A stretch of 37,011 nucleotides of DNA from an uncultured Gemmatimonadota bacterium (lineage in GTDB: Bacteria > Blakebacterota > Blakebacteria > Blakebacterales > Blakebacteraceae). The notes under the pieces are model-generated. The model was not told the origin of the DNA and ran no database searches. It saw nothing but the letters and a program-made list of their open reading frames with translations. Below are positions 34,748 to 37,011 of the stretch, piece by piece (the stretch's first letter is position 1; every line of letters starts with the position of its first letter). The DNA lies in the NCBI GenBank assembly GCA_964576115.1, contig CAZNUA010000036.1, forward strand, positions 1 through 37,011, given 5' to 3'. Both the position numbers and the translations under genes were made by a program.

Positions 34748-37011
34748 ATGGACACTATTCTCCGCAATGCCAGATTCGCCCTGCGCCAGCTCACACGCAA
34801 ACCGGGCTTCTCGCTGATCCTCATCATCACCATCGCGGTCACGATCGGCGGAAACGTGGCCATCTTCGCAGTGTTCGAGGGCGTTGTCCTGCGACCTCTG
34901 CCCTGGCCTGAGTCCGACCGGCTCCTGGCCATCTGGGAGAGTCAGGATCAGAGCCGGTCGCGCCAGCCTTTCGCCGGCCCCGACTACCTGGCCGTGTGCG
35001 AACAGACCGAGAGTCTGTCCGGAGCGGGAGCAGCCGACACCCGCTGGGTCAACCTCTCCGGCGGGCAGGAACCGGTCCGGATCCGTTGCGGTTTCTGTTC
35101 CGCGAGCCTCATGGAACTGCTGGGGGTTCGGCCCCTGCACGGACGGCTCTTCGGGCAGAGTGAAGAGATTGCGGGCAACCACCAAGTCGTCGTTCTCAGC
35201 CACGCTCTCTGGCAGAGCCACTTCTCCGGCGATCCACAGGTCATGGGAACCGCCATCACGCTGGACGGCGAACCGTGGCAGGTCATCGGGATCATGCCCG
35301 AGTCCTTCCGGTTCCCGACCCCCTGGGGCGGACGGGATGAAACCCGGCTCTGGGCGCCGCTGACCGGCGCCCTGATCGGGACCAATCGCAGCGCACACTG
35401 GTTGGCCGTCTACGGGCGCCTGGCGCCGGGGGCGAGCGTCGAGCAGGCTGAAGCCGAACTCGATCTCATCGCCCGCCGGCTGGCCGGAGCGTGGCCCGAA
35501 ACGAATGCCGAGACCCGGATGTGGACCGAGCCGATCATGGCCCGCTCGATCGGCGGAGCCCGATCGTTGATCGCTTTCCTGCTGGGGATTGTGGGTCTCA
35601 TTCTCCTGATGGCCTGTGCCAACACGGCCGGCATGCTGTTGTCACGGAGCCTGAACCGCACCGGGGAATTCGCCCTGCGGGCCGCCCTGGGCGCAGACCG
35701 GCGGAGCCTGAGCGGGCAGCTCCTGATCGAGAGTCTGGCCGTGGCGGCGATCGGCGGACTGGCCGGGATCGCGCTGGCGTACGGGGGGGTCAACGTCCTG
35801 CGGGTGCTCATGCCCGCCGATTTCCCCCGGGCCGATCTGCTTGCCGTGAACCTGCCCGTTCTCGGATTCGCTGCTCTGATCGTCTGCATGACCGGTTTGC
35901 TCATCGGTCTGGCACCTGCTCTCTTCGCCTCCCGGTCCGATCTGGCGGCGGCCATCAGACGTACCCGGAGCCGGTCGACAGGGGCCCGAAACCGGCCGCT
36001 CGCATTCCTGACCTCGGGGCAGATGGCTATCGGATTTGTGCTGGTGAACACCGCCCTCGTCCTGACGGCGAGTTACGCCGGAGTCATGAACCAGTCGTTT
36101 AACTTCGACCTCGACGAGGTCGTGGTGACCGAAATCATCCTGGCCGGAGAGAGTTACGACACCCCCCTTGAACGCCGGATCTTCCATGAGCAACTGGTGC
36201 AGCGGGCGCGAGCCTGTCCGGGGGTGAGGAACGCCGGGATCGCCAGCAAGCTGCCCCTCAAGGGCGGTTCCAACAGCTGGGTCATCGTCGGCGGGCGTGA
36301 ACCGGAATCGACCTCACGGGGCCCCCTGGTGGAACACAAGTTCATCGGCGAGGGTTTTCTCGAGACGATGGGAATCGACCTGCTGGCGGGCCGGACGTTC
36401 GACGAGCGCGACATGGCCCTGGCGGCCGGGCATGCCGGCGTCAGTAGAAGGGACGTGGAACTGCCCGTGATCATCAATCGGGTCATGGCCGAGACGATGA
36501 TGCCGGCGGACGACCCGCTGGGCCAGGAGATCCGTACCTTTGAAAGTGACGAGGATAACTGGCACGGCCGGGTCATCGGGATCGTGGAGAACGTCCGGCA
36601 GTGGGGTCCCGAAGTCGAGCCCCTGCCCGAACTCTACCTGCCGCAGACCGCCGAGCCGTGGGGTCCCTTCTGGACGAAACTGGCGGTTCGGACCGACGGC
36701 GATCCCGCCGGCCTGGCTCAGGATCTCAGGGCGGTGCTGGACACCATCGATCCCGCCCTGCCTCTTTCGACGCCGGTCAGCATGGGACAGATTCTCGCTG
36801 ACACCACCGCCGGCCGCCGCTTTTCGCTGATCCTGATCGGGCTGTGCGCGGGCGTCGCCCTGCTCCTCATCATCACCGGAACCTACGGAGTGATCTCTTT
36901 CGCCGTTTCCCGCCGCCTGCACGAGGTCGGCGTGCGCATGGCCCTGGGCGCCGATCGGGGGCGGGTGGCGCTGCTTTTTCTCGGCCGGGCGGGCCGGCTC
37001 GTTCTGCCCGG
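34748..37011 (+). CDS. Second ADOP-type ABC permease, running off the right edge
   Basis: Not in the ORF track. MDTILRNARFALRQLTRKPGFSLILIITIAVTIGGNVAIF..LRPLPWPESDRL, LILLMACANTAGMLLSR, and near the end AVSRRLHEVGVRMALGA in the same frame as the ATG. Confidence 0.92.
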   Translation, partial: MDTILRNARFALRQLTRKPGFSLILIITIAVTIGGNVAIFAVFEGVVLRPLPWPESDRLLAIWESQDQSRSRQPFAGPDYLAVCEQTESLSGAGAADTRWVNLSGGQEPVRIRCGFCSASLMELLGVRPLHGRLFGQSEEIAGNHQVVVLSHALWQSHFSGDPQVMGTAITLDGEPWQVIGIMPESFRFPTPWGGRDETRLWAPLTGALIGTNRSAHWLAVYGRLAPGASVEQAEAELDLIARRLAGAWPETNAETRMWTEPIMARSIGGARSLIAFLLGIVGLILLMACANTAGMLLSRSLNRTGEFALRAALGADRRSLSGQLLIESLAVAAIGGLAGIALAYGGVNVLRVLMPADFPRADLLAVNLPVLGFAALIVCMTGLLIGLAPALFASRSDLAAAIRRTRSRSTGARNRPLAFLTSGQMAIGFVLVNTALVLTASYAGVMNQSFNFDLDEVVVTEIILAGESYDTPLERRIFHEQLVQRARACPGVRNAGIASKLPLKGGSNSWVIVGGREPESTSRGPLVEHKFIGEGFLETMGIDLLAGRTFDERDMALAAGHAGVSRRDVELPVIINRVMAETMMPADDPLGQEIRTFESDEDNWHGRVIGIVENVRQWGPEVEPLPELYLPQTAEPWGPFWTKLAVRTDGDPAGLAQDLRAVLDTIDPALPLSTPVSMGQILADTTAGRRFSLILIGLCAGVALLLIITGTYGVISFAVSRRLHEVGVRMALGADRGRVALLFLGRAGRLVLP

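Overview
GC-rich, Gram-negative bacterial scaffold with two 100-N gaps. The ADOP permeases, PadR regulator and secreted M14 peptidase suggest an Acidobacteriota/Gemmatimonadota/FCB-like lineage, but this is low confidence. (1) 1-9.9 kb looks like a defence/accessory island. It holds a type IV AbiEi/AbiEii toxin-antitoxin pair with a long palindromic operator. Divergent from it is a four-gene cluster: a pRiA4b-ORF3 fusion, a helical SWIM-associated protein, a SWIM-SNF2 helicase, and an unknown protein sharing a C-terminal domain with the first gene. A 5 x 19-bp repeat array precedes the cluster and a decayed RHH/PIN TA remnant follows it. (2) 9.9-21.8 kb is mostly core genome: membrane polyferredoxin, tRNA-Arg, ECF sigma, nadA, a His-less PAS kinase-like protein, class V aminotransferase, FadL/OmpP1, RDD, acyl-CoA thioesterase, RsbRD_N protein, tRNA-Glu, tRNA-Gln, gltX and tRNA-Ser. 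A duplicated tRNA-Gln 3' end folds into a CCA-ended hairpin. (3) 22-37 kb holds envelope and signalling genes: two paralogous lipoproteins around an M14 peptidase, a DUF6544-like protein, an SBP plus sensor kinase with truncated receiver, PadR and two ADOP permeases. The most striking feature is an FG-GAP/VCBS lipoprotein split by an in-frame TGA in a 'PS-TGA-C' context followed by a SECIS-like hairpin, a candidate secreted selenoprotein. All family assignments are from motif recognition by eye; no searches were run.
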